From Anthoceros angustus (taxonomy: Eukaryota > Plantae > Anthocerotophyta): 64,000 nt of DNA. Numbering within the stretch: the stretch's first letter is position 1; every line of letters begins with the position of its first letter. Both the position numbers and the translations under genes were made by a program. Of the stretch, positions 25,223 to 38,800 are shown piece by piece. Where the stretch lies: contig MU008169.1 of NCBI GenBank assembly GCA_010909165.1, forward strand, positions 1,054,001 through 1,118,000, written 5' to 3'. The notes beneath the pieces are model-generated. The model saw only the letters and a program-made list of their open reading frames with translations. It was not told where the DNA came from and did not search any database.

Positions 25223-25600
25223 TTGGTCCGGCATTGCCGCCGGACCAAGCCGGAGGCCTATCGACCCTGGATTGATCAAACTTCGTGGAGATGTTCCAGA
25301 CTTGCAGGACCTTCCCGTGTGGGGTGCTGTCTTTTTGGGAGAGGTGAACAATTCATTTGCGAAAGTGTGGCAGTGGAGGCTGCGACACCTATGGTAATGT
25401 TAAAACGGAAGCGACAGCAACAGCATCAGCCCCATGGCATTGCAGATGGGGGGCTAGCAGTAGGGGTAAACACTCTGGGTATTGAGAAGAAACCTTTTGG
25501 CGTGAGCTATGGCATCTCGTTTCCTCAGTTGATGCCCTTACTTCTGCCTCATTTGCCTCAGGAACAAGGCCAGCAGCTGGAAGCCGTCTTTCAGAGATCG
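25223..25600 (+). pseudogene. Truncated TAF4B N-terminal/RST derivative
   Basis: LGIEKKPFGVSYGISFPQLMPLLLPHLPQEQGQQLEAVFQR matches TAF4B exon 3. The start codon equivalent is degraded (ATCGACCCT). Confidence 0.8.
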
Positions 25601-26420
25601 TCCGTCAGCAGCAGAACTGCCAGTCATACGGGCAGTGTAACCACCTGGGGAGGGCTCATTGCCTTTCAAAGACTCCACTCTATCCAATGCAGGTGAGTCT
25701 GAACTCTATCAGCCTTTAGTTCCTGGCGAATTTGGTTGGCATGAAGTTGCTGCTTTCGTTGATTGGTAGCAGCAGGACGTGCCTTGAGTTGCATCTGCAG
25801 AATTATCTGCACTAACATGTCATCTCCGGCAACATCCTCGAAAAAAATCTTCCTGCCTGACGTTGTTCATTTTAAATCTCTCGAAAGAGGACTTCCAGCT
25901 GCTGGCCTCGCTCCTTAGGCAATTGAGGCAGAAATGAGGGCATGAACTAAGAAACCGAGATGCCACTGCTCATGCCAGATGGTTTCTTCTCTATACCCAG
26001 AGCTCCGGCGTTTGCCCCTATTGCTGGCCCTCCATCTGCAGTACCATGGGGCCGATGCTGCTGCTGCAATGCCCTGGGCTATTGTTGGAGTGTTGGCTGA
26101 TTCCACTGCAATGCCCTGCACTGTCTCCCGACAGCAGAATTGGCCTCCACAGGTTTCTCCTGCGAGGAAGAGTCTTTGTCACCGCCCTGCGCAGCCTCCG
26201 ATGCCACGCATTCACAAATGAAAATGTTCACCTCTCCAAAAACGACAGCTCCCCGTTACCAGAAGAGCAATTTCATCCTACATATCGGGAACATCTTCAC
26301 GAAGTTTACACCTTCAGAATCCATAAGCCTCCGGTGGCCAGTGTGCCCCTCACGCTCGCAACCGCGCCACACCATATTCTTCGAGAATTATCCTGCCGCT
26401 GCTGCTGCTGCTCGTTACAC
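25601..26420 (-). pseudogene. Intron-lacking truncated TAF4B RST derivative
   Basis: Reverse strand reads ATGGATTCTG...GAGAGATTTAAAATGAACAACGTCAGGCAGGAAGAT (exon 3/4 joined) ...QMQLKARPAATN, then a piece matching TAF4B 37123-37235. Contains stops and frameshifts. Confidence 0.8.
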
Positions 26421-27199
26421 GAGAAAGGGACTCTTTGGCTCGAGTTGAGGGGTTGCAATTTGAATAAATCTCAGTTCCTTGGCACTTTTTCTTCTAGCGA
26501 ATCGGGAGACCTTAGAGATATTTCAAACTAGGTACCTAGGTGTACATTTCCTTGGCACTTGAACCCGAGAATAACCGGGGGAGGGGGGTCTGGTGTACCA
26601 AAGAGGAGAGAGGCTTTTGCCTTTTTCATTCTATAACGGTCATTTAATATAATGTATAGCATGGCATACATGAAACAAAAGAAAACTTGGCCAATCGCCA
26701 CAGCTGAGACGGATCCTACACTATATGGATGGAGATGTCTATTGTAGTACACCTAAGCTACCTCACAGCCAAGACGTTTTCTACACCATGTGGTTGGAGA
26801 TGTGTAGTAAACCTAAGCCGGCCTCCTAGGCACCAAAGTGAACATCAAAAAGAAAGTTGTGAATGGGACTATATTCGAATCAAAGGAAAACATAAAACTT
26901 TGGGGCACATTCTCTGTTTTCTTAGTACACCGTAGGGGTCCTAGCCTATTTTTGTGATACTTATGCAACAATTTGCTACTCTCAATTTACTTGTCAGTAT
27001 GTATTGGTTTCACATCAAAAATCTGGAAAAAATACACGTGCATGTAGTTTGGCGTAGGTTCTCAAATGACCTTTTTCTTACTCCATTCCACTGAATGTGG
27101 TAACCACAACAAGCTTTATAACGTCCTGCAGGTTTCGGATGGTGATGAGCTCGAATGCCCAGTAATCCTTCTTTGGAGGCATAACAATTGCTCCGCACC

Positions 27200-28160
27200 T
27201 CACGCCCGTAAAAACACATTGTCTAGGGCATCCTTCCTGGAATTCCTAAATCCGCCGTGGAAGTCCTGAATCCGCCCAAGCTCCATGAGCATCGCCTCTG
27301 AACTAAGGCCAGAAATGTATCCTCCAAGTAGCCCTCGGTCCCATCCCTTATCCTGCATCACGCTGTAGTAAAGGGCATATGTCCATGCTGCCAGCATCAT
27401 TGCCTCGTGCAAGGTCTGGCAGTCCAGCAATTTCACCTCTTTTCGAGCTGTAAACTTAATCCTCAGGTATAGTGATTTCGCGTTTTTGCTTCACTGATAT
27501 CGAGCATGGCCGTCACCTACTCCCAAAACTCACGATTGTATTCAGCAACACTTTTCCCCTCCACCAATTTCACTAACTTCTCCCGCGCAACCCTCAAACC
27601 CTCTTGTGGGACAAACGTGGTTTAGAGGGCCGTCAGAAAGTCATTTAAATTTGCGAAATCGGTGAGCTTCCTTGTTCATATCTAATTATGGTGCCATAGC
27701 CACCAAGTGGACACATATCATGCCCCACAAAAATCTAGTTGCTAGATCCACATGTTGAGCCGGGAGCATCGGCTAAAGACATACATACCTCCTCACTTGG
27801 TCAATCCAATTATCCATTGGCCTTGGCTCCTACTTCCCAACGAAGCTCTCCGACTTTGAACCCTTCACCTTCTCCGTTGAGTCCGTGACAATGGATTCTG
27901 ATGGATTTACAAGACTGTTTGTAATGCTTGTTCAAGATGAGCGATTCGCTCGCCCAATGCTCGTTTGACTTGGGCAATCCTCGATTATTCGAGATGGCCA
28001 CTAGCTGCGCCGGCTACCAAGCATCAACGCCGGGCTCCCCCAATGCATGCCTACCGTCTTAGGACGCTCTGACTCTTGTCGCTAGAATTTGTCAAAAACA
28101 CAACTTCTTGCCAACTCCTCTGCCTTAGTGTCCTTAGCGTTGGACGAGGCTCTAATACTA
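27200..28160 (-). mobile_element. LTR retrotransposon (Ty3/gypsy-like) gag remnant with degenerate tRNA-Met PBS
   Basis: GCTCTAATACTA at 28149-28160 is a 2-mismatch version of GCTCTGATACCA (reverse PBS). Broken gag-like frame GKSVAEYNREF...KEVKLLDCQTLHEAMMLA. Confidence 0.55.
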
Positions 28161-30099
28161 GTTGTTATGCTTGAAGGCAAGTTACTTATTTTTAGGGGTT
28201 GGAAGTCGACATGAAATTTTTGTCTTTTGTTTTGTTTTCTGCTTATTTTTTTTGTCTTTGCTGTTTTTTAGTTCTTAGTTTCTACCATCATTGTTTGTGG
28301 TTGTAGCCATGCCATGTTAAGCCATGTCAAGTTAGAGGTTGTACAAAGAAGGTGCTTCAAGGATGATCGAATTTTTTTGAAAAAATCTCAGATTTCACAA
28401 CCTCCAGTCTCGGTATGATCGTGCTCCTATTGCAAATAATATGAGTGCTCAACACTCATATTCCTGTCGAGCATTTTTACTGGAGGGTCACCATTCAAAA
28501 CTATACATAAAATTTTGGACTTAAATAAGGTTTGTAGTCTAATTTTGAATTTTCTTTCATTTTCTGCAGATCGAGGCTTTCAGCAGAGATCTGTTTTTGG
28601 TTATTCTATGTTAATGACATTTTATTATCTTACTTGTGATGTTGTGTTGGGTAGATCATCACTAGAGTTGTGTGATCTGTTCGTTGGTATTTAAATTGAT
28701 TGTTATATGCTTTTTGATTTACGTGCACGTCTTGGTATTCATTATTCACAAGGTGATTGTGCTAATGACCTTGTACGAGAGAGACCGTCGCGCCCAGAAA
28801 CTAAGACGATTTACAAACTTTTTTTTAAACAACCAAAGGGGATGGCACTCCATTTCGGTACTAATCCTCTCGCAGGCTACTTTATTGTGGAGTTATTTTG
28901 GTTGGTGTATGTGCACCCGTCGCCAAAGAAAATTATGGGAGATTTTTTTTTTTTTATGTATATCTGAATAGTCATGCAAGTTACTTAATGGATGTTTGGA
29001 TAGTCACGTAAGTTACTTAACATATTTTTGTTTAATTTGATAGGGAAATGAGGAGCTCTTCACCTAGTTAGCTACTCCCTAGATGGATTGTATGTACCTC
29101 CATAGCCTTTTTAGTTTGGTTTGCAAGTGAGTTTACCTACTTGTTCTGATTTCTATCCAATAATTCTGCAACTAGTTTTATCCACTTGTTATAATTTTTA
29201 CCCACCTGCTCTAGTTGTGACAAGTGCATATTACTTATGTGATCTGAATTTTACTCACCTTATCTGGGGGTTTTTCCATAAGAGTACCTTCCAAAGCTCT
29301 TTCGTTAGCGTTCATGAAAATTAGTTGTCTTCAATTAAGCCGTGAAATAGGAAAAGGAAAGCCATGCTATACATGTCTACCCAAATAGTAGACCTTCGTC
29401 CCTACCACGGTCTACTTGTGGACTCCTATTTATGCTATACTTGTAGATTAGCTGCATGAAAATTTCATAAGGATTTAATATAGTTGTCGCGAAAATGAAC
29501 TAAGACCTCTGCAGTGTACTTAAGAGGACAAAAAATGTGCTCCAACTTGTTTTCTTGTTTCAGTCATGGGAATACGTCTTGTACATTATTCCCTTTTTGA
29601 TATCCGTCATGGTGCTCGCGAGGTTGACTTTGGTACATTTTGAGGCTGGCTTTGGTATATTGGCTCATACCAAATCGGACATCTTCAACCCTGTAGCCAA
29701 TCTTTTTTTTTTTCCATATATTATGTTACATAAACTACTTTCTGATTTTTTTGCTCGTAGGGTTGTGTGAGCAATGTGCATGCAACGAGGAAGGAAGGTA
29801 GTGGAAGCATCCAATAGGGAGCAATGGAGTGTGGAAGCTCGAAAGGCTGGCAGCGCAAGCAGAGCATCAGCATCAGAAGGAAGAGGAGTAGCGCAAGCAG
29901 TAGAGATGTGGTCAAAAGCGGGTCATGGATCGGTTTGTAAGGAGTGCTGCTGGGGAAATGGAGCATGCAAATCTGCGGGGAAGACACCGTTTGCGGTCAT
30001 CACACTGTGATGGCTTAGCATGTGATTATTAACTTAGTGCATAACTGTCGCTCCATTGGTTCCATGAAACAGCAGCTTATCAGGGCTTGTTCCTGCGAC

Positions 30100-33000
30100 T
30101 GTTGAGATGGCAAGTGTTGAGGTGGCAATTGCTGCAGCTGCGTATGCCTACGCTGTTGGTGTACCTGGAGACGATGCTATTGTTGCTTCGAAGTCTGTTC
30201 TTTGCGTTTCTTTTGTGCGGGATTCCTTGCCCTTTCTGAATTCAAAGGATCTTGTGTCTAGTATGGAGGAGGGAACTTTTCCTCTCCAAATTTCGTTGAG
30301 GCAGGCCAGGGAAATGCTCTCTGCGGATGCTCGGCGGGAATTTCCTCCTTTCTCGTTGTTCATCTCCGATGGTTTCAGGGGGTTGCAGCCAATGTTGCTT
30401 GAGAAGAGCTTGGCCGGGCTTTCCAGTCCGTCCTCCATGACCCCTCCATTCCTAGGTCCACGAGGGTTCACCTTTGCTCTTGTTCTGGTAAGGGCGCAAA
30501 CGCTTGGCTTCTGTCTTGTCCATGTATATGGCGTCTTGTCATCGCATCAACCACCTTCACCGCTGCGATGCGATTCCATCTTGCTAGCCTGCTCCAGCCT
30601 GTGGCGTCTTTCCTCCTTACCTACGAGTGCGGGCTCTGCCCTCGATGACTCTGGGGTTCACCTTGCTTGTTGTCCCCATGGGGGTCATCGCATCGCCACC
30701 CACGACGTTGTCCACAATGTCATGGTTGCCATAGGTTGTGAAAGTGGCTACATGGCCTGGAGGGAGCGAGGGTACACTCTTCGAACATGTCGCTCAATCA
30801 GGGCAACGCTGACTTGTACTTTCCCCGTGGTGACCAAGTGTCGGTGGCGGACGTGGAAGTTACTAACCCTGCTTGAGATATCATCTCCGCTTAGGTTATA
30901 ACAGCGTCTGTTTAGAAAGGGGTTTCTCCTGAAACCCCTTTTTGCACACGGACTTGGCCGGACCCCTTTTTGCACTTGAAAAAATCCACACTACAATCAG
31001 GGCTTTTGATATTTTTAGGACATGTTACATAACCTTTTGAATAATTGTTTTGATACGTTATTTGAGATTATAGATTGCAGTCGTGGCAAAACCTAAAGTC
31101 CCATTCTCTTTCGGCTTTTTTCAAGCGGACACAAAATTCGCAAACTTATGCGCACTCTAATGGTCTCCAACATCGGCAATCATTGCGGTGTTGGGCGATA
31201 TCTGGCATTTAGAGTTTTTAGGGCTTGCTGTAATTACAGTGCGCAAACTTGTTTTCTACTTCATTCATACTAGTCAATCCTATGACTATACTCTCGCTCA
31301 AGAATTTTTACAGGACTTTGTTCCTTAGACATTGGGACAATAATATTTCTTTGGCACGATGCTCTTGATCCACGCTAGTCGAGAATGAGAGTGGCATAGA
31401 GGCCAGGCCGCGAAACGCTCAAGATTCAAAAGATGCAAAAGGTTCTCACTACTAGTTCAAAGTTTTAACCACTAGAAAAAAGATGAGGGTTAAGTAAAGA
31501 TAAGAACATATCCACATTAGGGTGCTGCACAAAAAAGGTTGAAAATGTCGAAAGGAACCATTTAAAACAACAAAAATATCAAAATAAATACAAAAAAAAT
31601 GCAAAAATTTGTCAAAATTTTAGAGCAAGTGCGCGCACTTGCCTCAAAAAACTGGACTTTTTTGTAATTTTTTAAGGGGTTTTTAGGGTCTTTTTAGACT
31701 TTTTGCTTTTTTTTTCTTTAGATGAAACGTCTGGGAATGCACTAGGAGGCATGAACCATTTGGGTTCATGCTCCCGAGGCCCTTTAACCTTGGGTGCGCG
31801 CACTTACATCTAAACTCTCCAACATCGGCAATCATTGCGGTGTTGGAATACTAAACATTTAGAGTTTTTAGGGCTTGCTGTAATTACAGTGCGCAAACTT
31901 GTTTTCATTCTAGTCAATCCTATGACTATACTCTCGCTCAGAATTTTCAGGACTTTGTTCCTTAGACATTGGGACAATAATATCTTCTTTGGCACGATGC
32001 TCTTGATCCACGCTAGTCGAGAATGAGAGTGGCATGGTGCACTTTGGGCCACAAAGCGTCTCAAGATTCAAAAGATGCAAAAGGTTCTCACTACTAGTTC
32101 AAAGTTTTAACCACTAGAAAAAGATGAGGGTTAAGTAAAGATAAGAACATATCCACATTAGGGTGCACAAAAAGGTTGAAAATGTCGAAAGGAACCCTTT
32201 AAAACAACAAAAATATCAAAATACAAAAAATTCAAAATTTGTCAAAATTTTAGAGCAAGTCTTGCGCGCCTCAAAACTGGACTTTTGTAATTTTTAGGGT
32301 TTTAAGGGTTTTAGGGTCTTTTTAGACTTTTTGCTTTTTTCTTTGGATGAACGTCAGGAATGCACTAGGAGGCATGAACCATTTGGGTTCATGCTCCAGG
32401 CCCTTCTTGACCTTGGGTGCGCACTTGTGTGCACTCTTGGGCCTCACTGCCTGCAGTCTTGCCATCCTGCCCATGGTGCAGCGCCTTGCGCCCACCAGCC
32501 TGCCCGGTGCATGCACTTGTTCACCAGTGGGCCCCCGCATGTTTGATGATAACCCGGTACTAGGTCACCGAAAGAGACTAAACACCGTAAAGAATAAAAG
32601 GGGATAGGGTGTTCTTAAGCATTAGGGCATAGGATAGGTATATAAGAGTGGTCTAGGTGAACCTCCGCCGATGTACGCTACTTGTTATTTTGTCGGGAGT
32701 TCGGCACATCCTCATACCGCCAAAGGACATGCTTCCCCATTAGAAGATCATTTTCGCGTTCTTTTTGCACACGGACCGGACCCCTTTTGCACTTGAAAAA
32801 TCCACACTACAATCAGCTTTTGATATTTTTACGGACATGTTACCCGCAACCTTTTGAATAATTGTTTTGATACACGTTATTTGAGATTGTAGATTGCAAG
32901 TGCAAAAACCTAAAGTCCCATTCTCTTTTTTTCAACCGACATAAAGCGCAAACTTATGCGCGCACTTACATCTAGCTTCCAACATCCGCAATCATTGCGG

Positions 33001-34709
33001 ACGATACAAAACATTTAGAGTTTTTAGGGCTTGCTGTAATTACAGTGCGCAAACTTGTTTGCGCACCTACCTTTCATTCATACTAGTCAATCCTATGACT
33101 ATACTCGCCCGAGAATTTTACAGGACTTTTGTTCCTTAGACATTGGGACAATAATATCTTCTTGGCACGATGCTCTTGATCCACGCAGTGAGAATGAGAG
33201 TGGCATGGTCTCGCACTTAGAGTCGGGCCCACGCCAAACGCCTCAAGATTCAAAAGATGCAAAAGGTTCTCACTACTAGTTCAAAGTTTTAACCACTAGA
33301 AAAAGATGAGGGTTAAGTAAAGATAAGAACATATCCACATTAGGGTGCACAAAAAGGTTGAAAATGTCGAAAGGAACCATTTAAAACAACAAAAATATCA
33401 AAATAAAATACAAAAAATGCAAAAATTTGTCAAAATTTTAGAGCACACAGACTTGCCTCAAAAACTGGACTTTTGTAATTTTTTAAGGGTTTTAGGGTCT
33501 TTTTAGACTTTTGCTTTTTTCTTTAGATGAAACGTCAGGAATGCACTAGGAGGCATGAACCATTTGGGTTCATGCTCCTGTGCCCTTCTTGACCTTGGGT
33601 GCGCACTTGTGTGCACTCTTGGGCCTCCTGCTCGGTGCACGCTGCCAAGACCCGGCATCCTGCCACAGTGCGACTGCGCGCACCCGGCCCCTTGCCCCGG
33701 TGCATGCACTTGTTCACCCAAATGGGCCCCCGCATGTTTGATGATAACCCGGTACTAGGTCACCGAAAGAGACTAAACACCGTAAAGAATAAAAGGGATA
33801 GGGTGTTCTTCACGCATTAGGGCATAGGATAGGTATATAAGAGTGGTCTAGGTGAACCTCCGCCGATGTCTACTACTTGTTATTTTGTTGGGAGTTCGGC
33901 ACATCCTCGACCGCCAAAAGGACATGCTTCCCCATTAGAAGATCATTTTCGCGTTCTTTGCACGCATGCACAAGTTTGCACATAAGCGTTGTTTAGGCGC
34001 GCACTTATGCGCCTAGGCCCCCAGTATACAAAACATACAAAACCACACAAAATGCGTAAACTACGGACATGGCGAAATTATGGAACATTGAGGTCACTAG
34101 CCCTTCATCACTGCCAAACTAAATCGCCATGAACGAGTATAAAGCGCCCGGTAGCGGTCGGTGTAAATGACTCGACGAAGTGGTGCGGGCGAGAATGCCC
34201 AAAACCGATGGATGAACACCTACAAAACCAAACCAAACCAACTTGGGTTCCGAAATAGAGTTGGGAATTTTTCCAAAACCCCTTTTGACAGGAGAAACCC
34301 CTTTCTAAACAGACGCTGTTTTATCACTAACCATCCTGGTTGGGTTGCTGCCGGAGCTGCGACTCTCAAGGTCAAGAAGTACACCGGTATGCAAGCGGGC
34401 TGCGTCTTTATTCCGCTCGCTCTCGAAACGCATGGGGCAATGGCTGCGAACTTCGATAAATTTCTCAAGTCCTGTGCCAAATCCTACCACACCCGCAAGC
34501 ATAATACGAGGCTGTCTCTTTCTTATTTCACAGCTTACTTGAGACAACGAGTCTCCGTTGCTCTTCAAAGGGCCCTCTCGATGGCAATCCTTCATAAGGC
34601 GGCGACAGCAGATGGCGCTTCTTCCTCTCCCTCCATAGTTTGCAGGCCATTTGTTCTTCGCGCATATGATGTTCTGGGAGCAGGAGGTAACTTTAGGCAA
34701 ATAGCTTAG
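30100..34709 (+). mobile_element. CRE/R2-type non-LTR retrotransposon 3' remnant (CCHC knuckle plus restriction-like endonuclease), split by a TIR insertion
   Basis: HLACCPHGGHRIATHDVV and VADVEVTNP before 30901. KVKKY...FIPLALETHG...YLRQRVSVALQRA after 34319. Confidence 0.75.
30902..34318. mobile_element. Non-autonomous TIR DNA transposon (possibly hAT-type), containing about 3 noisy tandem copies of a 0.9-1.2 kb unit
   Basis: Perfect 30-bp TIR CAGCGTCTGTTTAGAAAGGGGTTTCTCCTG at 30902-30931 and its reverse complement at 34289-34318. No transposase ORF. The 8-bp flanks match only 5/8 (GGTTATAA vs TTTTATCA). Confidence 0.85.
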
Positions 34710-35227
34710 TCGCTCCTTTTACCTTGACCCCGGGGTCCACCTTGATTGTCCCCTACTGCATGGGTTTTTTTCCATCGTTGTTTCTCTCAATAAAATATAT
34801 CTAGACTTTCTTATAACTATAATAAAATATTTTCACTAAAAAAATACAATAGAATACAATACAACTAGTGTACTTTATGGCGCCTCTTATATATGATCTA
34901 CGAGACCTGAATGTTTTATAGAAACTGGAGCATCCTTTCATTAAAGGGCTTTTGGTTTGTCGCCACTTACCTTATAAATTGAAGGAAGACCTGCAGAAGC
35001 GATTGGTCTGGCAATTGAGGCCCCCTCCTCTCCCTACCACCTGCAGAGTGAGTCGTTCCTGCCAATTCGCTCCGCGGGTGCCCAAATATTTGTCCTGCGC
35101 AGCCGGGTATCGCGGTCCACTTGAGCGCCGGAGCAATTTTCATGCAGCAGGAGCAGCAGGATGATTCTCGTAGAATATTGTGTGGTACGGTTGCGAGCTT
35201 GAGGGGCACAGTGGCCGCCGGGTGCTT

Positions 35228-35827
35228 ATGGATCCTGCACTTCTCAATTTTCTTGAAGATGACGAGGTACTTTTCTAGGGATTTGGCCGCAGGCAAGGGC
35301 TCTCAGGCTCTGCGGAGATTGTGCTCAAAGGCATGGCCGTACTGAGGAGGAGTTGTTGTGGTGATACAGGATGAAACGGCTCTTCCCGTGTCGGGTGCTG
35401 CTGTAGATGCCTTTGCTGCAGAGCTGAACAGAGATGTTATTGGCGGAAGAGTGGGAGCGAAGGTTGCGGAAGCCGGTTACGGGCCTGGTCGTGTGGGGAA
35501 TGGGAATCCGCAAGCTGTACCTCAGGCCATGCCCATCGCTTCTGGTGCGCCTGGCAAGGGTGACAAAGGTGAGACCAGAAGGCGCAGGGGGGGTGGTTGG
35601 GGTGTCATGGTGTCGCAAATCGAGGGGGCATCCGTCACAGCTGGCCACGTCCTCATTGATGTTTTTGTTTAGGCTAACCAGGTTTTGTGCTGTGATTGCA
35701 CAGGTCCCTCCCCGCATGGAAAGCCTGTGGAAGGCAATCCTGCTGTTGGGACACAGCCAACGGCAGTGCCCTGGAATCAGCTAACACTTCAACAACAGCG
35801 GCAGGTAATGTTACAACGGAGGCAACT

Positions 35828-35858
<31 letters not shown>

Positions 35859-38800
35859 CGGCCTCAGCAGCAGCATCGGCCCCATAATATTGCAGATGGG
35901 GGGCCAGCAGTAGGGGCGAACACTGGAGCTCTAGGTATTGAGAAGAAACCATCTGGCATGAACTGTGGCATCTCGTTTTCCCAGTTGGTGGCCTTAATTC
36001 TGCCTCATGTGCCTCAGGAGCAAGGCCAGCAGGTGGAAGCCCTGTTTCAGAGATTTAAAGTGAGCAGCTGGGGACTTCCTCTGCAGCATCTGGGTTCTGT
36101 GCTTGAATTCCTGAGTTGATCGGGGACGAGTATGTGCACACACATTTTGGTCTGTGTGATTGGGATGCTTATGGCTTTCATTTGCTTACGATGTGCTTAC
36201 GTCTCGGTGTTGTGTTGCTGTGTGCAGATAAACGACATCACGCGGGAAGAATTTGTTGGAGGATGCCGAGTCATTGCGGGGGATAACTTGTTCACGCAGG
36301 CAATCCAGCAGATGCACCTCAATGCCCGTCTTGCTGCTACCAATGTAATCCATAGTCAAATACCTGCTTGTGCAACTGCACGCAGTACATTCTTTCCCCA
36401 TCGTGAGTGCTGATGGTTGTGTTGCCACAGGTGAGGGCAGAGCCGCAAACTCCACAACCTCAGCTATCTCCAGGACCTCTTTCTTTGCAGCAGCAGACAA
36501 TCCAAAACAGACAAGCTGAGCTGCCGGGAGCGAGTCAGCTGCAACACCTGGGGTCACAGGTTTTGGAAACTGTGAAAAATGAGGTTGGTAAACAGTTCAA
36601 GCAGCAGTCGGGAACAGGACTTTTTGTTGCTACACGTCTGCCTCTGACAGCTCCAGTGGTTAGCGGTAGTACCCAACAGCCTGCTTCCCTGGGGCAGAAG
36701 GCATCACCTCTGCAACCGCCTGGTAGCCAGTCCCTACTATCGCAAGGTTCAGCAGCTGCAGCGGACAAGCCATTGAGCAAATATCAGAGGTCGAAACTTT
36801 GGAAAGAACAGGAAAGGAGAGAAGTAGAGGCGCAACTGCTGGGCAGCAAAACTATCCAGACAATGGGAGTTACAGCAGTAGGAACAAGTCAGCCAGTGCA
36901 GCAATCTCAGAATCAGTCACAGCAGATAGTTGCTGTCTCACATAACCAATCCTTCTGTGTCTTGAAACAGCAAGTGGTATCCACTGTATTGAGTGTAAAG
37001 CAGGAGCCTCCAGAGAAGCAAAGTGATTCGTTTCAAAAGAAGGCACCTCTTCCGTCAACCAGCTATCGAAACTTGTTTACAAGCCAAAGTGTACCCCAGA
37101 ACCCATCTAGACCACAGGTCTTAGACTCACCTGCCTTGCAAAGAGTGGAGTCTTTGAAAGGCAACGAGCAAGAGCCTTTGTTATCCTCCCCAGGTGGTTA
37201 TACTGCCCGTCTGAATGGCAACTCTGCTGCTGCGACACCCATATCGTGTGCTTTCTCACAAGAAACAACTTCATATGCAGAACGTGTCTTGCAACACTGT
37301 GGATTTCCCCCAAGCCAGGTATGATGTTCTGTCTGTTAGCTCATGGTCAGGTGATCCACGAATTGGATAGGCTGTAGTCAAATGTTTTCTCTCTTGGGGC
37401 TGGTAGATTTTTTGTTACTCACTGGTGCCGGTGTGGGATGTACAGGGAGTGCAACAGACTCCTGGTGTCCTTACAATTCGATCAGGAGGTTCTGGTCTGT
37501 CCATGCAAAATAAATCAAATACCCCCATTCCAAGTAGCTTGACACCTACAAGTGCACAAGTACAAGGACAGGGACCTGTACAAAATTCAAGCATGTCTGA
37601 ATTGTCAACCCTTTCTGGCTCACTAGCAGGGAAGACTTTGATGACGAGGCCAGTGCTTTGTCAGAATAAAGCTGCTGAAACTCCGCCACTATCCCAGCCC
37701 CCAAGGTTGGTGGTGTCCTATTATGTCAAATAGCTTGTTGTTCTTTGGATGTTTATGTACGTGTACTGTGGATGAACCCAAGAGGTTTGGCACTTGGCTG
37801 GCAGTCTATGACTGTAGGTAGCCCTTTCTTGTGTTGGGCTGCAGTAAGAAGCAGAAAGTCGCGGGTGGTGATGCCGTTCAGACCATTGATCAGTTAAACG
37901 ATGTCACTGTCGTGAGTGGCGTAAACCTCAGGGTAAGATGTTATTTTGATTGTGGTTGTTGTTGGAAGTGGGGAGAATGCTGGTCTGTCTGTAATAGCCT
38001 CCTGCATTCTTGTCTCCTTGCAGGAGGAAGAAGAGCAGTTGCTGGCAGGACCAAGGCAAGAAAGCCGCACCACAGAGGAAACTCGGAAAGCTGTCCAAGA
38101 TGAAGAAGATAGGTTGTTTCTAGATAGAGGGTTTTTATGCAAAAAACTACATAACTTAGGTGAGCTGGCTTCTCCATCTTCTAAAAGAGTGCTGGGGGAA
38201 TTGTATGCACTGGTGGTTGTGTAGGACGTGGGAAATGCTCATGAGCAAAAACTAAACTGAACTTGTGTTGGGCCGGGCAGCTAAGGCCAAGGCTTTTCGG
38301 TCTGTGGGAGATGACATGGAGAAATGTTTGTCTAAGGTATGATGTTCCTCTGTGCGCCAACTTTGGTTTTGTTTTGAGCAAAGGCCATCGGCACTTGGTA
38401 GTGGCAAGTTGTTTCATCCTTCTAGGAGCTTTGTATGTAGCAGAATGTAGTGTCCTTATTCTGTGCAGCTATGCTTGTTGGCAGGCTACAGAGGAGTTTA
38501 TGCGTAGTATGTTGTACAGCATAGTCAAGCTCTCCAAGCAGGTACCACCTTACTTGCACTTTCTAAGTTCAAACGGGGAGGCCACTTTGTACCATAGTCA
38601 GCAAAACTCAAGAAGATTAGTAACGGAATGTTTTGGTTTGATAGCGCTGTGATTCTGAGAAGGACAGGCACAGGTTTGTGGTTACAACAGATGTACGGCG
38701 GGACATCCTTTTAAAAAGAAAGAAAGAAAAAGATGCTCTGGAAAAGAAGCAGGCTGAAGAGAATGAAAGGTTGCGGAAGATGACTGAGGTAGCCTGCTTA

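Noticed and set aside
35827-35875. (CAG)n microsatellite
   Set aside because: It is an ordinary polyQ tract of TAF4B.
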